DNA from: Patellaria atrata CBS 101060
Taxonomy: Eukaryota
Assembly (NCBI GenBank): GCA_010093705.1
Contig: MU006095.1
Span: 496,001-560,000, forward strand
Direction of reading: 5' to 3'
DNA: 64,000 nucleotides
Position 1 is the first letter of the stretch; the number at the start of each line of letters is the position of its first letter. The position numbers and the translations under genes were made by a program. The notes below the pieces were generated by a model, which was not told the origin of the DNA, searched no databases, and saw nothing but the letters and a program-made list of their open reading frames with translations. Positions 49,711-62,401 of this stretch are shown one piece after another.

Positions 49711-51328
49711 CTATTCATCTCCACTAGCATCATCAACATCGTCCACTCTGGGACGCTTGTAGTTTCCACGAGGGTCACTCGCTTTTCCAACATTGCAATT
49801 CTGCTTGCTGCTTCCGTCAATTATACGGAGCAGACGGGTCTGCTCTTCGAGCCACCAGCGCTTCTCTTCACGGAACTCGGCCAATTGCTCAAAGGAGACC
49901 TGCTGTACCCTTTGTACAGCAGCCAATTGTTCCTTGAGCTGCTCAATCTGTTGAGCCTGCGTCATCGCCTGAGGTGTGGTTCCATCAAGCGGCAGGAATT
50001 CAGCTGATTCAGCTGATTGAGAAGGGGCAGCCTGGGCGCTCCAAGCTGCCAGTTCCTCATTCCCTTCATCGATGAGAGAGGCCGGAACACCGGGATGGTT
50101 GAGTGCTTCGAAGAACCCTGAGTCATTGTCGGAATCGTTCTGATCACCCATGAATTGAACATGGAACGCGTATCCTGCTGGTACTATGGGATTGGTAAGG
50201 TAATCCATGGAAGCGGCGAGACTAGGTTTGACGACATTGTGAACCTTGAACCTTGCAGGGGTTTGATTGAGGAATCCTGTTGGCGGTAGAAACATGACAT
50301 TCGTAACCGGACTGTTAAAGAGTTTGTTGGCCGTAGCGAATCTGCCGCGATCCATATTCCAGGTTGCGACATTGCCACTTTCGTGACCGGAGATTATCAT
50401 GGTATTGTCCCAGCTAATACTGAGACTGTGGACACGGCCTAGATTCTGAGATTCCGCTTGATAATGGGCGCGATTGCTTGCGACCGAAATAGGCGTATGA
50501 GGGTCGAGTTGCTTGAATATTGATGCATGTTTCATGCCGAGGGCATAAAAGTCGAGGAGTTGGAGAGTACCATCCTCGTAGCCAACTAAACAACCTCTAT
50601 CTGCTGCATCAAACGTCAAAGCGGTGGCAGTTTTCGGGGTCAGATACGTTCTCAGGAGGGTTTCACTGTGAAGTTCCCAAGCATTGAGTTCTCTGTCGGT
50701 GCCAGCAGTGACGACTAGAGGAGCTGAGCCTGTAACATGACCGAAGCTCAAGCACGTGATAGGTCCACGATGTTTGCTCAGAGTACGGACAGGGGCGTGC
50801 GAACCATCTGAAGTAGTGAAAGAGATGAGGTCTAGGATATTCCAGGCGTGGACTTTGGAGTCTAGAGAGCCGGAAAGCAAGAAATTGGAAGCTGAGTCTG
50901 CAGTGAGACATGTGATTGCCTGAAGATGATGTTGGCCTGTGGTAACCAATCGTCCGGTGCATATCTGTGAAGATGTTAATATTGATTTTTAAAATGCAAA
51001 GAAGAGCTAGACTTACCTCCCACAAGAGTAAACGACCACCCTCAGTACCAAGGAAGAGCACTGTTCCGCCCAAGGCCAGCGTAATGCTAGTGATTTGCTC
51101 CTTGAAAGGGATCGCAGCTTCCTTTGATCCATTCTCTCTCTTGAACACATGCACTACAGCACTGTTTGCCACAAAAATGTGCGAGTCGCTAACAGCCATA
51201 CAGTTCTCAGCTGCTGAATGGTTCTTCACGACAACTTTTCTCGCGGAAAGGGGTCTAAATTCAGAGATGAGGAGAGAGCCATCAATGCCTGCAGACGATG
51301 CGCAAAAATTTTCGATGAGAGACGCCAT
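49711..51328 (-). CDS. IPI3: WD40 pre-rRNA-processing protein of the Rix1 complex; intron 50965-51016
   Basis: AAIPFKEQITSI, LFLGTEGGRLLLWE|ICTGRL...HLQAITCL...LSGSLDSKVHAW and HRGPITCL, with a C-terminal coiled coil, as in Ipi3/WDR18. Confidence 0.85.
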
Positions 51329-53650
51329 AGGTATTGTAGAGTGAGCAATCCACTAAGGATGCAAAGGGTGTTAAAGTTGAGGTATCTCTGAGAAGCTGAA
51401 AATGAATTAACTTGAGAAGAGAGCGAGAGGGTGTAAAGAGGAGAAAAGTTTGAAGAGAAAAGTGATAGATACATGGCGGTAGTCTATAATGTCTTATTGT
51501 TGTTTTAACCATTGTACTAAGCGACCCAATGAGCACAAGAGGAAGTGTTCTGAAATGGTTAGCGTTGATCACGTGAACGGTCATTTTACACTCGAGGGGC
51601 TGGTATGTCAACGCCTTCTCCCAAACAGAACACGCTTTTCCTCAATAAAACACTTTTTATTCGAATATTGTGGCTAGGAATCGCGCCTTACTAAAATAGA
51701 ACATTTATCAATCCTTTAGATGATTGGGAACCCTTTCGACTGAAAATAATGTAAGCAGCGAATGTTACTATGTACTGTACCGAGTTTTGACGAGAGGTTT
51801 GGGGCGTAGAAACTATTCCGTAATTTCCGAGTTAACTGAGAAGACTTGCGATAAATCGGGATTTTTTTTTACTTTGGATCAAGGATGCTTCCACCAGCGC
51901 ATGGGAATATTGTGATTCACGTCTGAAGTGACGCTGACCAGTACGAGTAGTAGCTAGTCTATCTAATGCGACCATCACGCTTGCGTGTATACTCTTCACT
52001 TTTCAATCTTCCGTCAACATACTCTCCCCTTCTCTTAATGGCTAGACCGAAGAACGAATCCACCATCTTATAGTACCCGCGCTCCTGCTCGATCCGTGTC
52101 TAGATACTTCTAGAGTAGTGTTTCCAGCCATATAACATTTTTGCGCGTGCTGCTGCAGGTATCCTAATCGTTGAAAAGACATCATCCCAGATACTCTCCT
52201 CTCTTTCTAAAGGATTCCAAAAGGATTGACTGGATCTATCTATCTAGGGTTAACAAGAATCATCGAGACAGATTTTGGTTTCGTATTTCCGGTATTTGAC
52301 CAGGGACATTTCCCCCTTACTTCGGTGTAGGCTTAATCGTCTTTCTTCCCTGGTGGTTTGGTGTAAATAGTCCTAGTTTAGTATTTCGTATGGATATCGA
52401 TTACAGATATTTTAGTTTTCGCTAAAATTCATCACGGAGCGTTTCCAGATTTCCCTGTCGACTTCAAGCCATCGTTACCCAACACTATTATTTAACAGAT
52501 CTCTTAACTCTTGGCGGAATCCTATTCCTACATATTTTCGGACTTCTAGTTCCTATTGTCTTCGGTATTTCTGTTCGTATGGTTGTAGGAATCGTCAGTA
52601 TCTTCCCGTTTATCAAGTGTAGAATCTGTAGGTATTACGACATTCTCATTGTTCTGGCTGGTCGGTTATCAGCTGGAAATAAAATGCTACTAAAGGATGA
52701 GAAACGTATGGGTTGATGTTTCGGTCGCTGATCATTCAGCATGCGGATGCTTCAAAGGTTTCCAGGCTACCTTGGGGGACTAGAGGGAGGCCCAGGTCTC
52801 CCAACCCTCTCCTCTGTTGTCTGGGGAGAAACTTGCCGTAATAGTGGATATGGCGGTCAAAATAGGCTTCCGAACTGTTTTTGTATACATGATAGATGGT
52901 GACCACTGAATCCTTTTACGACTGCAATGTCAATGCTCTCGTGGTATTGCGTCTAACCATATGTCTAAAGCTTTTTCATTCAAGGGGCCAAATATTCTCA
53001 TTGTCGGGTGTCCCACCGACATCAGTGTCCTAGAGTAGGATGAGGAACGAAAATAAACCTCGTTAAGCGTCAAAGTTGAAAAGGAGCCTTCAATTAAAAG
53101 GAAGTAACTGAAGACAAGGGAGAGATCCGCAGGTAAGAAAAGTTTACCCAAATAGAATGGTATCAGAAAGAAGTAGAAAAAGAATTCAAAAGGTTCTCGC
53201 GATTGCAATTCGATATGTGGAAGAGAATGGTTGTTACGAAGGTAGTTTCTAAGCCTAAAATAGTTAGCACTTATCACGTGATGGTTCGTTTGACAGGTCT
53301 TTTTGGTTTTGCGGGGAAGCTTGATTGCACCTGTGAGCTGAATCAGACCCGACAGCTCTTCTTCCCATTACCTTTCACACACCAAGTCACCCACACCAAA
53401 CGGCACAACCACCCCCCAACATCGCAGACCCAGGTGGCTCAATCTATCCCACTTGGCGCTTCTCCTCCCTTCCCTCTCACCCGTCCTTTTACAACCTCAC
53501 GTCAATTGACTATTCCCTCATTGTATCGCCCTTTGTTGTCTCTTCTTCGCCTGGGCGAGGGCGAAAGAGAAAACATCATCGGCTTTTGCTTTTTGACCTA
53601 TTAACAATACCTTCACTGATACACAACCAACATAAGTCCCCCCCGCAATC

Positions 53651-54865
53651 ATGCTCACGCGTCGCATTGCTCCCTCCCTCCGCTCTGTTGTCCCCCCTTC
53701 ATCAATTACCCGGTCATTCTCAGCCGTTACTGCACAATATGCGGACAAGAAGCTCTCTACTCCATCGCTGGCCGACATTACCCATGACGGTGCTGCTGAT
53801 TTCAACGCACGGCAGCGTGAGTTTCGAGAGCAACTAGCTGCCCAACAGAGGCAACGAGAGCAAGCAGAGAGTCAGTCCTTTTCTTCATCTACTCGTGGCC
53901 AAGCTACTACCTCTGATGGTGATGGCTCGTCCTTGTACAATAATGGAAACAGTTACACTCCTTCTTTTGTTGATTCGGCCATGAGCTCACTTGCAACCTC
54001 CTTCGCAGACGAAGCACGCGAGAGGGAAGCACAGCAAGAAGGCGGGAAGAAGAAAACCGGCCCGCTGTCATCCCTCATCTACGGTACTACCGAAGGTCGA
54101 AACCTCGACAAGGACATTGAGAGATCTTTCTCCCAAGTGCTTGCTCGTGGCAAGTATGTCCACTCCATCGTTTTCCATGAAGTCAAACCAGATAAGGTCG
54201 ATGAGTATGTCCAGCTTGTTGGTAACTGGTATCCGAGGATGGCTTCAATGCCAGAGCACAAGGTCCATCTTGTGGGTAGCTGGAGGACTGAGGTTGGAGA
54301 ATGCGATACATTTGGTGAGTTGTCGAAGACGGGATAATTGCTTTTTTTTTTGGTGCTGAGTACCGGTCGTCTCCATTTAGTTCACATTTGGGAATATCAA
54401 CGCTACGAAGGTTACCACGCGTCTCTCAACGCTTTCGAGAATCACCCGGATTATGCAGAGTTCAACAAGAAATTAAGGTCCTATATCTTCTCGAAGCGCA
54501 GCTCCTTGATGCAAGAGTTCTCCTTCTGGCCAACAACCCCTCCACGTAAGCTCGGTGGTCTCTTCGAACTTCGCTCGTATACTCTACACCCAGGCAACCT
54601 GTTGGAATGGGAGACACATTGGCGCCGTGGTCTCGGGGCACGAAAGCAGGTCATGGAAGGCGTAGGAGCATGGTTCGTCCAAATCGGAGAGCTTAACACG
54701 GTTCATCACATGTGGCAGTTTGCAGATTTGGAGGAACGTAAGGTTCGTCGTGAGCAGTCCTGGAGTGTGGAAGGTTGGGGAGAAACGGTCCACAAGACAG
54801 TTCCATTGATCCAAACGATGAAGAGCAAGATTCTGATTCCTTGCCCATGGAGTCCTGTTGCTTAG
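53651..54865 (+). CDS. Mitochondrial NIPSNAP family protein; intron 54315-54380
   Basis: Arg/Ser-rich presequence MLTRRIAPSLRS. Motifs SFSQVLARGKYVHSI, LVGSWRTEVG, VHIWEY, FELRSYTLHPGNLLEW and GWGETVHKTVPLI. Confidence 0.92.
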
Positions 54866-55225
54866 AGGACGAAAGTGGATATTTTATTCCATTTCAGATG
54901 GTGTCTCAAAGGGTCTTTTGTAGCGATAGCGGCATAGGGGATTATAAATATCCTACATAGGAACAACTTAAATTTACATTTGTTTTCCCTTCATACATTT
55001 TACTACTCTTGTACCGCCCACCAACTTTGATATAGAATAGCATGTGAAAGGGTTGTTGCTTGGTCTTGGCATCATGACATCAACTCGACTGCCAGGTTTC
55101 GCGTCGACCATCTCAAAATTTAAAAGAATGTTGACGTCCCTCGCGTCCACGATCACATTACGACAATCCTACAAAATAACTTTCATATCCTATTAAACGA
55201 CCACTTCTGGTCTCTGGGTCTCACC

Positions 55226-56784
55226 ATGGTGTATATTCGGCAAGATAAGCTTCCCAAGCTTAAGGAATATAAATATTCAGGTGTCGATCACAGCTTGGTC
55301 TCGCGTTATGTGTTGAAACCATTCTACACGAATATTGTGATCAAATGCTTTCCCATGTGGATGGCGTAAGGCTCTCCTACTTCTGCTATCATAGAGTCTA
55401 GACTAATATTATCCTTCAATAGACCAAATCTCGTAAGCTACCTCAGATAGTCTCCCATCCCCGCCGATTCCTATACTGATACAATCCTATTATGGATAGA
55501 TAACCACTATTGGATTCTCTTTCGTCGTCACGAACTTCCTGACGTTGTTATGGTATACACCTACATTGGACCAAGACTGCCCTACTTGGGTATATGCGAG
55601 CTGGTCGATCGGGCTGTTTTTATACCAAACATTTGATGCTGTTGATGGATCACAAGCGTATGTGACGCAGGATACCATTCTACTATGGATATGAACATAT
55701 ACTTAAGCTTTGTAGACGGAGGACGCATCAAAGCGGGCCCTTGGGTGAACTATTCGATCATGGCGAGTTTTGAGCCTGCACGCATGTTATCCAAATACCC
55801 TTGTTAACGGAGTTAAATAGGCGTCGATGCATGCAACACCACCCTCGAAGTGCTCATCTTTGCAGCAGCCATGAACTTTGGCCAGAGCTGGAAAACCGTC
55901 CTCACCCTCTTTGCATGTACGGTGTTCCCCTCTCACTATGCTACGCGCATCACACTGACTGTGCATGAGCTCTCTTAACCTTCTATGTACAAACATGGGA
56001 CGAATATCACACCCACACTCTTACCCTTGGGATCATCTCCGGCCCCGTCGAAGGTCTCCTAACCCTCTGCATCGTCTACGCCCTCACCGCCATAAACGGC
56101 GGCGGCAGCTTCTGGCAGCAATCCCTGCTTGCAACAGTCGGAATCCCCCACTACTCCTTCATCCCATCCTTTATCTATGATCTCGCATGGAACGAATGGT
56201 ATCTCGTCTACGGCGGTATCGTTCTTGTCTTCAACACAATCCAAAGCTCCCAAAACGTCATCGAAGCCCGTCGCGGCCGCGGCCAACGCGCCAGACGTGC
56301 CCTCCTAGGCCTCGTCCCCTTCTTCACTACCTGGACGCTGATCCCAATGTATCTGTGGCTGCAACCCATTATTTTAGAACAGCATCTGGTGCCGTTTGCA
56401 TTCTTCGCGGGTCTTATAAATGCATACTCCGTCGGCCAAATGATCGTAGCTCACCTCACCAAATCCCGGTATCCGTACTACAATGTCCTCCTTCTCCCCC
56501 TCTTCTACGGTGTCTTTGACTCTCTCGGGCCCGTGCTCCAGCACTTTGGCGAGAAGGTGGTCGGTGGTGACTTGGGACGGTTTCTTGGATGGCCCAGCGC
56601 GTTGGGAGATGGGGTCTATCAGGTTGCGTTCGTATTTTGTTGTTTAGGATTGGCGGTGGGAGTGTATGGCAGTTTCGTGGTGGATGTCATCACGAGTATC
56701 TGTGATTACTTGGATATTTGGTGTTTGACGATTAAACACCCTTATGTAGAGCCTACGGAGGAAAAGGAGAAGAAGGGCAATTGA
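55226..56784 (+). CDS. CPT1: CDP-alcohol phosphatidyltransferase (choline/ethanolamine phosphotransferase), ~6 exons including a 10-nt micro-exon
   Basis: MVYIRQ...YKYSGVDHSLVSRYVLKPF...WMA|PNL|ITTIG...YQTFDAVDGSQA|RRTHQSGPLGELFDH|GVDA (the CDP-alcohol PTase DG..AR...G...D...D motif)...TWDEYHTHTL...YLDIWCLTIKHP. CPT1 versus EPT1 cannot be resolved. Confidence 0.92.
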
Positions 56785-57219
56785 GCGCGTGGTCTGTGCG
56801 GAGGGAGTAGAGGGCTACAAAGTAGTATGGGGTTGGGAGGATGAGGGTGCGCTAATAGCACTAAGGTGGAAAGAAGAGACGTAAGAATACGTGGGAAAAA
56901 GTGTTCAGCGTCCTAAACAATCGGGTTTTCGCTGTTTCCGAGCATGAGCAAGGTAGCTCAACATCGGTCATCCTCTCGGTATGTCTTTTACGGCATTTCT
57001 TGCCTGTAGCAATGGCGTTTATGCGATCTCTTTTTTCTTCGGATAGGTAGGAGAATGGGAATATTTAGACGTGAATTGATAGTAACCTCTTTCTTCACCG
57101 TTCACTGCATCATCGGGTGTCCTGTCGTGTCAATGAAATTTTGGTTTTACCGCATTGCTCATCGGGTATATAAACATAAAATAACAAAAAGGGCGAATGG
57201 CAACATATTTCCCAAGCGG

Positions 57220-59391
57220 TCACATACTCCGTCTCCTTTCCATTCGCATCGGCGAGATCGGCGTAACCGGAGTAACGGCCCCATCCCCCCTATCTACTCT
57301 AGTCGCCTCCGTATCTAACGTCTCGCTCCTCACCGGCGTCCCACTCCTCGCACTCGCACTCGCCGGCGGGTCTAAAGCATCACCCGTAACAGACACATTC
57401 ATAATCGGCGCCGGAAGTCCCTCGACCTCATTCCCCTCAAAGCTCCCCTGAACCTCCGCGCCCCGCTCTTTCCCACTCGCCTCATGAACGCCCCCATCCC
57501 CCACCAACTCGTCCCTCCTCTCCCTCCCATCGAGCTCGTAAATCGTGCTCTCCACGCTGCCGTCTTTCCCTTCCTCGACGTGGGTTTTAAGGGTTTTGCG
57601 GGCTTCGCCGCGGCGGCGGAAGAGGAACCAGACGAGGGCGGCGAGGAGGGTGACGAAGCTGACGGACCCGATCACTATACCTACGATGCTGCGCGCGGGG
57701 AGGCCGGAGTGGGCGGGGGAGGCGGAGATGATGGGGGTGAAAACGGGGGGTGGGGAGAGGATGGTGCGGTTGAAGAGCAATTCGGAACTGGGGTGGGGCC
57801 AGCCGCCTGAGGGGCCGCGGTTGACAGCAAAGCCGGAGGAGCTGGAGGTCGGAGTTAACTTGAAGGTTGGAAAGGGGGGAGGAGAGGGGGCATAACATAC
57901 TTTCCGCCAATGACGTTGTATACGAGTTCGGGGACGGAGTAGTCCGGGAGCTCGAGGTCAAACTCGGTTTTCCACGCGTAGGTGCTCGTGTCGAAGAGGC
58001 GTAGGAGAGCGAAATTGTCGTCGCAGGTTCCGGGTTCCGAGGTCTCTCCGTTGTCCACGTAGCGGCCGCCGAGCACGAACATGGTGGATTTATACGTCGT
58101 GCAGGAGTGTTCGATTCTTCCTTTGCCCACGCGCGTGGCTTCGGTGTTGTTCACCTGGTCTGTAACGTTGATCCACTGGAAGCTGGGGAGCGAGAGCACG
58201 AACGCTTCCTCGTACCCCACGCCGGTTTCTGGGTTCCAGCCGCCGTACATGGTGATTTGGACAGATGAGAGATCGGGGGCTTCGTTGACGGTGGCGCAGA
58301 AAGAGACGCGAGGCGAAGGAACGTTGCCTCTGGCTGTCATGTTGTACCATGCCCCATTTGCGATGTCGTAGGCGCTGATATTGGAAAAGGTTCGTAAAAA
58401 GCTATCTCCATTATCATAGTCGTCGAAACCGCCCAAAGCGATCAGCACGCCAGATTCGCCGAAAGGAGTGGACACCATAGCGCCGTTGATGCTTGGAGGG
58501 GCACTGATGTAAGTAGAGTCAAACCCTGTCGAGAAGGTCTCGAAATCGAGCAGTGGGTAAGGCCTGCTGGGGTTAGAGCTATACTCGGTATAAACGGTGT
58601 CTCGCCGGTAGTTGACAAGCCCCGCCATTCCCCTGTAGGTCTCGTCCAAATTCCCGGCAAGAACGAAAGATTCACCGCTATATGGATTGTCCGCTGACGG
58701 TCGGTCGATGCTGCTGACGGTGTAGGCGCCGATATCTGGAATGGAACCACCTCCCCATTGTTCGGTGCTGGTGTTGAAGCAGGGGAGGGAGATCTCGTTT
58801 GAACCTTCGCGTTCACGTTGTGGGTAGAGGCAGAAGCCGTCTTTGCTAACCAAGAGGATTGGGCCTTCATTGATGATTTGTTGCGTGTCGGAGGTGAGGC
58901 TTAGGGGAACCACGGTCGTTGCTACTGTATCCGTGCTGATAGTCGATTCGATGGGGAAGCTTTCGTTCAACTTGATCGTGAAGAGATTCGTTTCTGGGGA
59001 TTGTTAGAATGTACGATATGCGCAAGGAGTCTATATGAACTTAACGTACCTGCTAGCATGCGGTCCAAATCACCAGCTTCGTACTATGCATTGTTAGAAT
59101 CTGCGATTACTATAATGGAATAAGTGACAAGAGAACGCACAGTGAAGTTCCCTCCTATAAAATATAGTTTATCTTTTACGATCGTAACTGGAATCCGTAA
59201 GTAAGGCGTTCTCCAAAGCCTTTTTGGATATAGAAATCAGGCATACCTTTCGCACCCAACGCGCCGCATGCCTCTCCAGTTGCTCTCTTCGCGATCCGTT
59301 CCTCCTCATAACACAAACATGAATTGATAAACAGGAACAAGAGGGAAAAACCTAGAGATACCAGCCTTAAGGGCCAGCGGTGACGAGGCAT
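57220..59391 (-). CDS. Signal-peptide, kelch/beta-propeller-like, single-pass type I membrane protein, multi-exon
   Basis: Signal peptide MPRHRWPLRLVSLGFSLLFLFINSCLC and short exons VTIVKDKLYFIGGNFT. Repeats LIALGG, PSPRVSFC, ITMYGGW, VLSLPSFQW and MFVLGG. TM IVGIVIGSVSFVTLLAALVWFLF-RRR and an acidic tail (YELDG). Confidence 0.8.
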
Positions 59392-60193
59392 TCTTCATCG
59401 AAGTGATGTCTATGGTAGAAAGGCACACGGCGAGGAAGCTCCATGTATTCACCATAGGTCCCACCGCAAGGGGGGTTCACGAGTCAATATGCCGTCTGGT
59501 ACACATCTGGTAGATCGCGTCCAAGGGACGTTTCATCACTTCTGCGGCAGTAGCCGTCAGGCCGCGTTATGGTCCTCGCCGCTGAGCCTCGAAGGATTTG
59601 AAAATTACCTTATACGGTTTAGCGTTGAACTCATTGGTCATGTTGATTTCTGTTACAGGTAATAATTACAGAGGGGCAACGGTGGGATGCGTGGTATGAT
59701 AGATAAGTATTTGAAAGCAGAGCATTGAAATTGTAGCGGATAAGGATAGGATGGATATGGGAGTGAATTGAAAGAAGGTTGTGCTCCCTCGAAAGAAGGG
59801 ACGCATCACGGTATTACTTGTAGTTCGTTTTTGCACCACTATTATTCTAGACAGAAGAGATGCACCTCTTCTGATATGATGATAATACACATTTGATGTT
59901 ATAATATTAGGGTAGCTGAAAATGTTTCCTGGACAAGGAAGAACATGCTGATTAAACCCCTCTACAAAATGTAATACAAGAAATTTCAGCAGTATAAAGA
60001 AGTATGTATCCTGACGTTGGTCGACGGTACTGGATATTAGAAGAAGCGCTCATACACAAAATGGGTCCTAATGTGCGCTTTCTATTCCCTTCCTCTTGGG
60101 CAGTTATAGCTCAAAAAACGCCTTTCACATGCTCATAGTATACAGACAAAAGAAACGTATTGTCTTGAATATGGGGCAGATCGCATTTAGCGT

Positions 60194-61291
60194 CTACCCT
60201 GCTATTAACACCCAAAGGAGGAAAACTGGTAAATATATGTTAGCGCATATTGAAACTGGAAGTTAAAAAGAGAACTCACATATCATCAACACGCCGAACA
60301 TCTTCGCAACTAGCCATCTATTTCCTTGTACCCTATTCCAATATTTCATGAGCTCTCTCTGAGCTCCTTGTACATTGTCTACCACATCCTCGGTGTTTGC
60401 ATCTATTCGCTGGATCATTTCGCTCTGCTCTGAGACCATCTCTGCAAGTTGTCCAAATATCCCACCCAATTCGTTAATAGTACGCTCAATGCTCTCGATT
60501 GCCTCGCCCCGCTGCTGGATGTATGTATTCGTTGGTTGTGCTTCCTCCATTAGCAGGAGCTGCATGTCACTTTGAGGCCCCGCCCGCGATAATGCGGAAG
60601 GCCCTGCTGGATCCAATGAGAGGAGATCTTGTTGGGCAGCATTGGTATTCGTATAACCAGGCTTTGGGGATCTTGAGCGAGCTGGCGCGTTATACAGCGG
60701 CGAGTCTGTTCTCCCAGGATCTAGCGTTTGCGAGTGTGTAGATACAGAATTCACGAAATTCTCCGTCCGCGATTTGGACGCTTGAATGTTCTTAGTGCGC
60801 ACCTCCAGAACGTCCTTGAAGTTCACTCCGACGTCTGCGAGCTTGCCCTGTAACATTACAACAACATTGCGGTTGTGTTCGCCTTCCTGATCCTGCCCTG
60901 GTTTCGAGGCTGACGGATGTTGCGAATGGGTTAGGGCCGAAAGACCGCCAATCTGCTGGTTTAATGCCGATAGATCCTGCTTTATGATGTACGTCAGCTC
61001 TGCGATTTCGACAGGCCGGTCATCAAATAGTGTTTTGCGCTTTGCGAGCTGTGCTAGCCGTTCCAACTTTCCCATTGTACCGGAAATTCCTCGCCCTATA
61101 TCGGCGGCCTTGCGCGCAAAGTCGGAGCGTTTTCTTTTGCTGGGTACAGAGGATCCATTTGCGGCTGACTGTTCGGAACTGCTCAGAAGAGATTGTCGGG
61201 ACTGATTTACTTTCGTGGTAGCTGCTTTTCGCTGTGCTTGGGCAAGGATAGAATGGAACTCGGAGGTACGATCTTGGATGGAGGCGCTCAT
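60194..61291 (-). CDS. SED5: cis-Golgi t-SNARE syntaxin 5; intron 60226-60279
   Basis: N-peptide IQDRTSEF, LAQLAKRKTLFDDRPVEI, SNARE motif IESIERTINELGGIF...IQRIDANTED, and spliced C-terminal TM MFGVLMIFFLLWVLIAG*. Confidence 0.96.
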
Positions 61292-62401
61292 AGTGAGAGT
61301 TATCTGCACGAAGTGGTCTTAATACAGGCGTAGCCCCCCGCAGGAAGAGAAATCAGGCGCTGTGAATTGGCGCGCGTTGGAAAGGACAGGTTCGTCTAGA
61401 TACGGTGACTGATAATTGAAGCGACAGTGTATGGAGGGTGATAAAATAGGAGAGTCCAGGAATTCAGTGTGGTTGCCGGATACAAGGAAAGATCTGGATC
61501 AAAGTTTGAGATCTGGGAATGCCGATGGTGTGGTATTGTAGAGATCTTTGAGGAATTAAATAAAAGTCTATGAGCGATGATGCGGCAACAGTTCAAAGGG
61601 GACGTTTCCTTTCAGTCAGCGTCAATTCTGTCCCGACCCTGCCAAGTTCGTTGACACAAAGCCGCCTCAAAGCCGATACCAACTGTTGACTACAACCTTA
61701 GGAGTAGACTACTATATGTACTATACCGGACTATTGTGCACTACCAGTATGTCAATTTGAAGAACTAGTAAACTCATTCAGAAGATACAAAGTATTCTTA
61801 AAATTTGTATTCCTCTAGTTGCACGGTACCTTATATCAGAATATTAGTTCCAGTCGATATCTTCTCCACCTCAGTTACCGTCGGACATGGTGAATATAAT
61901 TCTATAAACTTGTAACCGTCTATAAAACAATCAAGTAGTGATAAAGAAATAAGTTCCAAAAGTACCGTAGGTAGTAACCTATCGTTCTCTATATTCTCCG
62001 CACAGTAAAGGATTGCTTGGCACCCTCAGCCTCATTTCAAACTTGGTAAGCCTACAAGGCTGCAAGGTCTCCATCCCCAAAAGATACCCCAAACTCTCTT
62101 CACTTACCTTACCTTTACTATACCCATTACCTCTCTTTCACCTTTTCGCCAACCCTTCTGTTTTATCTTGTTTTCTTTTGGTTCTTATCACTCCTCCGCG
62201 CGCTTTTTCTGTCACGACCGCCGACGCGCAATACGTGCTTGCGTAAGAGTGTAGCTACCGAGAGCCTCCCCGCTCAATACAGCTCAATCCGAGCTTGCTC
62301 TGTCTGTATTTCCTTCATCAGATCAATGTCCCTCTGCGAGTTTGTTTATTAAGAAAGCCCTTGCGCTTCTTTGAGTACATTGTTAGGAGGTTGGTTTCGA
62401 A

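Noticed and set aside
52000..53280. Gene-free interval between IPI3 and NIPSNAP as a transposon relic
   Set aside because: No TIR, LTR or recognisable transposase or RT motif could be read.
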